From assembly GCA_050942995.1 (NCBI GenBank), contig JBMNOI010000003.1:1-56297 (forward strand): a stretch of DNA of 56,297 nucleotides. The letters run 5' to 3'. Within the stretch, counting starts at the first letter, position 1, and each line of letters begins with the position of its first letter. The position numbers and the translations under genes were made by a program. Source of the stretch: Anaerolineae bacterium (GTDB lineage Bacteria > Chloroflexota > Anaerolineae > UBA1429). Positions 53,286 through 56,297 of this stretch are shown piece by piece. The notes beneath the pieces were generated by a model that was not told the DNA's origin, did not search any database, and was given only the letters and a program-made list of their open reading frames with translations.

Positions 53286-54739
53286 GAGAGATAGCCCCTC
53301 TCACGGCAGGCGGCGATAAAGCGCTCATACCGTTCTGTATACGCCGACGCATGTTCGGTCCGGGGCTCGATGATGCTCTGGCAGCGCACCATACGCCGTG
53401 CCGCCGCATGAAGGCTCGTAAAGGCGACCCCCCGGGCGGCCAGAACCGCCGCGCCCATAGCGCCAGAAGGTGACCGGGGCAGCCACATGCGCCGACCCAA
53501 CACGTCTGCCCGAATCTGCAGGCCGGCGTTGCTGCGCGTGGCGCCGCCTACGGCAAACACCGTATCGCTCACCACCGCCCCCAGCGACTCGACAGTCTCG
53601 TAGGCCAGCCGTTCGACGTAGGCGAGCCCCTCCAGATGAGCGGCAAGGCGCGTCGCCGCGTCATCGCTCTCCCCCAGGGTGAACCCTTCGGCATCCTCTT
53701 TGAGAAAGGGAAAGCGCTCACCCCTTCGCACCAGGGGATAGATCACCAGGTCGGTTGGGGCGCAGGCCAGCGCCGCCTCATCCAGACGGGAGAGGTCGGC
53801 GGAATCAAAGCGGCGGGCCAGGCAGTCGGCCCCCGTGCTGGAAGCGCCGCCGGGCAGCCAGTAGCCGTCGGGATGGCGATGGCAGTAGATGCGTCCCAGG
53901 GGATCGGTCAGCAGTGAATCGCTCACCCCCTTGAGCACCAGTGTGGTGCCCAGGGTACTGTTCCATTCGCCGGGCGATACGGCGCCGCTGGCGAGTTGTG
54001 AGGCCGTGCCGTCGGTCGCACCGGCCACCACCTGTGTCGAGGGAGTCAGGCCGGCCTGTGCGGCCAGTGGAGTATCGGCCCGCCCCACAATGGCCCCCGG
54101 CGCCTCGACACGAGGCAGCTTCTCCAGGGGGAGCGCCAGGTCGCGGGCGATGAACTCGGGCCAGCGCAGATCCACCAGGTCATAGCCCCATTTGAGGGCA
54201 TTGGTCCAGTCGGTACGCCCCCACTCGCCCGAAAGCCAGCCGATGATCAGATCGGTAGGGCTGAGCAACCAGCGGGCGCGATGCATGACCTCTGGCGCAT
54301 GACGCTGCAACCAGAGCGCCTTGTTCAGCGCAAAAGAGGCGTTGAACCGGGCGCCGATGCGGGCCACCGTCTCGCCGCCTGCCGCCTGCGCCTCTTCCGC
54401 CTCGGCGATCGAGCGGGTATCCGAATACATGATGGCCGATCCCACCGGCTCACCGACAGCATCGACCATGCAAAGGGTGCCCGAGGTCGAAGTGACCGAG
54501 AGGGCGGCGATATCGGTAGCCGGATGACCGGCAGAGACAAAGCGAGATACCGCTTCGGTCAGGGCGGTCACAACGCTACGCCGCCAGACAAGGGGATCCT
54601 GCTCGAAAACGCCGGGCTGCTCCGAGGTCACCTGTTTCGGCGGAAATGCATCGGCGATCTCGACGCATACGCGCCCGTCCAGATCCGTAATCAGAGCCCG
54701 TGCCCCTTGCGTACCCAGATCGATGCCGAGGACGTACAC
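53282..54739 (-). CDS. FGGY family carbohydrate kinase (xylulokinase-like)
   Basis: GIDLGTQG, TSTSGT, GATDG, LGTTLV, GERFP; start at GTG 54739. Confidence 0.88.
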   Translation of the reverse strand: MYVLGIDLGTQGARALITDLDGRVCVEIADAFPPKQVTSEQPGVFEQDPLVWRRSVVTALTEAVSRFVSAGHPATDIAALSVTSTSGTLCMVDAVGEPVGSAIMYSDTRSIAEAEEAQAAGGETVARIGARFNASFALNKALWLQRHAPEVMHRARWLLSPTDLIIGWLSGEWGRTDWTNALKWGYDLVDLRWPEFIARDLALPLEKLPRVEAPGAIVGRADTPLAAQAGLTPSTQVVAGATDGTASQLASGAVSPGEWNSTLGTTLVLKGVSDSLLTDPLGRIYCHRHPDGYWLPGGASSTGADCLARRFDSADLSRLDEAALACAPTDLVIYPLVRRGERFPFLKEDAEGFTLGESDDAATRLAAHLEGLAYVERLAYETVESLGAVVSDTVFAVGGATRSNAGLQIRADVLGRRMWLPRSPSGAMGAAVLAARGVAFTSLHAAARRMVRCQSIIEPRTEHASAYTERYERFIAACRERGYLS

Positions 54740-54799
54740 TGCACACCCCTTTATGAGTAGATCGGATGGTCGGTATGATATGTGCACGACGGACGGGCG

Positions 54800-55318
54800 T
54801 CAATCGGACGGCCGGTGCCATGCCGGAGGCGATTCGCCCTCCAGCCGCACCCACTCGACCGCGTCATGATGCACGCGCACCTCGCCCGTGGCGTCGATGA
54901 ACCGCCCGACGCTGTCGGAAGGAAAGGTGATCAGATCGACCGGCGCACGACGTGGCATGTCTCCCAACGCGCCCTGTACCATCTCGAGCAACGGGTCCAG
55001 CCGGGCATCCCGGCGGGCCAGGGCAAAGTGTGTCTCACGATAGCGGCGCAACAGCGAGCGCATCTTGTGCAGGTGCACTTCTCCGGCCTCGGCCCAGAAA
55101 AGCGGCCTCCCCCGATCATCCAGCGACACCAGATCTGGCTTGAAGCGGTCGCCGATGGATATCTCGACGGACATGTCGGGGTAAAAGGGCAGATACAACG
55201 CCCAGAGCAACGCTTTCATGATGACATGCTCGGCGCTCTCGATGGGGCGCTTGATGAATACCACCTGTCGACCGTGAGCGCGTAGCGTCCATTTACGGCG
55301 CAACATCAGGTTACTCAT
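54800..55318 (-). CDS. Conserved hypothetical protein, YaeQ-like / PD-(D/E)xK-like
   Basis: ESAEHVIMKALLWAL and KPDL...WAEAG pattern; family call is tentative. Confidence 0.55.
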   Translation of the reverse strand: MSNLMLRRKWTLRAHGRQVVFIKRPIESAEHVIMKALLWALYLPFYPDMSVEISIGDRFKPDLVSLDDRGRPLFWAEAGEVHLHKMRSLLRRYRETHFALARRDARLDPLLEMVQGALGDMPRRAPVDLITFPSDSVGRFIDATGEVRVHHDAVEWVRLEGESPPAWHRPSD

Positions 55319-55368
55319 GCAGAGATTATAGCCGCCCGGCGACGGCCTGTCATGGGGGAACCCGGCGA

Positions 55369-56004
55369 TTACAGCATCACCAGGCCGCGACGCACGCCGA
55401 TACTGACCGCCTCGGCGCGATTGGTCGCCCCCAGTTTGGAGTATATCGCCGAAAGATGGAACTTGACCGTATGCTCGCTGATGCTCAGCGTGTGGGCGAT
55501 CTGTTTATTGGCCATGCCCTGCGCGACCAGTTGCAGCACCTCGCTCTCCCGATCGGTCAGCGATTCGGCATACAACGACGGCCCGTCGGCCTCGTCCGTC
55601 GCCTGGGGCAGCAGGCGGACCAGGTCCGGATCTCCCACGACGAGCCCCAGCGCGACGGCACGCACGGCAGCCACCAGTTCCTCGCCCGAGGCGTCATAAG
55701 AGATCAGCCCGAAAGGACGCCCCCAAAGCCCGTCGAGCCCCGGCAACCGGTCGGTCGCATCGGCCATGATCAGCAGACCGGCCCGTCCCTCGAAGAACCC
55801 CGGCATGCGCGACAGGGCATCGGCTATGATCACTTCGGCGGTGACCAACAGCAGATCATAGTCGATGCCCGTCCACCCGGCCTCGGACAGGTCGCCCGAT
55901 TCGGCCACGATCTCGATCGTCGGGTCGATTTGAAGCAACGTCCGCAGGCCGGCGCGTATGGCCGACGCCGGAGCAAGGACGGCCACCCGCACTCGTTCGC
56001 TCAT
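55369..56004 (-). CDS. LuxR/NarL-type transcription factor with a degenerate receiver domain
   Basis: LTDRESEVLQLVAQGMANKQIA..L.ISEHTVKFH HTH; the receiver lacks the acidic pair and the phospho-Asp. Confidence 0.88.
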   Translation of the reverse strand: MSERVRVAVLAPASAIRAGLRTLLQIDPTIEIVAESGDLSEAGWTGIDYDLLLVTAEVIIADALSRMPGFFEGRAGLLIMADATDRLPGLDGLWGRPFGLISYDASGEELVAAVRAVALGLVVGDPDLVRLLPQATDEADGPSLYAESLTDRESEVLQLVAQGMANKQIAHTLSISEHTVKFHLSAIYSKLGATNRAEAVSIGVRRGLVML

Positions 56005-56297
56005 GCAGCACGCTCCAGCGGAGCCAGATTCAGATTCAACTGCCGCCGTTCGCCGCCTCGCACCAGCGTGAGGGTCACCCTCTCACCGGCGCCATGCTCC
56101 AGCAGAGCCCGCATCAACACCCTGGACCCTGTGAGCGGCATGTCGTTCAGCGTCATCAGCAGATCACCCGGCTGCACCCCGGCCGCAGCGGCCGGCGCGC
56201 CGGGGCGTATCTCGACCACCAGCAATCCGGTCGTCTGTCCGTCGGCGGCCTGACGACGCAGCGCATCGTTCAGCGGAACGGGCCGCACCCCTACACC
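56001..56297 (-). CDS. C-terminal PDZ domain, probably of an S1C/HtrA serine protease (gene starts beyond the window)
   Basis: GVGVRPV...GLLVVEIRPGAPAAAAGVQPGDLL...LTLVRGG; the frame is open to the window end. Confidence 0.75.
   Translation of the reverse strand, partial: GVGVRPVPLNDALRRQAADGQTTGLLVVEIRPGAPAAAAGVQPGDLLMTLNDMPLTGSRVLMRALLEHGAGERVTLTLVRGGERRQLNLNLAPLERAA

Overview
GC-rich bacterial chromosomal window. The gene repertoire and the style of the RpoC insert suggest Chloroflexota/Anaerolineae; this is an inference. It is mostly housekeeping and metabolic. In order it holds: the 5' part of a B12-dependent diol/glycerol dehydratase large subunit (absent from the supplied ORF track); an Fe-S protein; a polar amino acid ABC system whose binding protein is separated from its permease and ATPase by a complete livKHMGF cassette; sugar catabolism genes; a ~0.8 kb structured non-coding island beside tRNA-Gly(CCC); rpoC without rpoB, coupled to a class A PBP; rqcH; two tRNA-Ala genes; leuS with a ~125 aa insert; a Ser/Thr kinase, a propeller-lipase and an orphan MFP; xseAB; etfBA plus ferredoxin; panB; PPi-type PFK; PMM/PGM; an FGGY kinase; an atypical LuxR regulator; and a partial PDZ protein. 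I saw no CRISPR array, integrase or transposase. The best candidates for undescribed biology are the convergent sense/antisense small-RNA module at 16941-17102, the shared promoter and signal-peptide module of two unrelated ABC binding proteins, the LeuRS insert, the standalone rpoC, the kinase cluster and a hairpin sRNA at ~49342-49410. All functional calls come from motif recognition by eye, without database searches.
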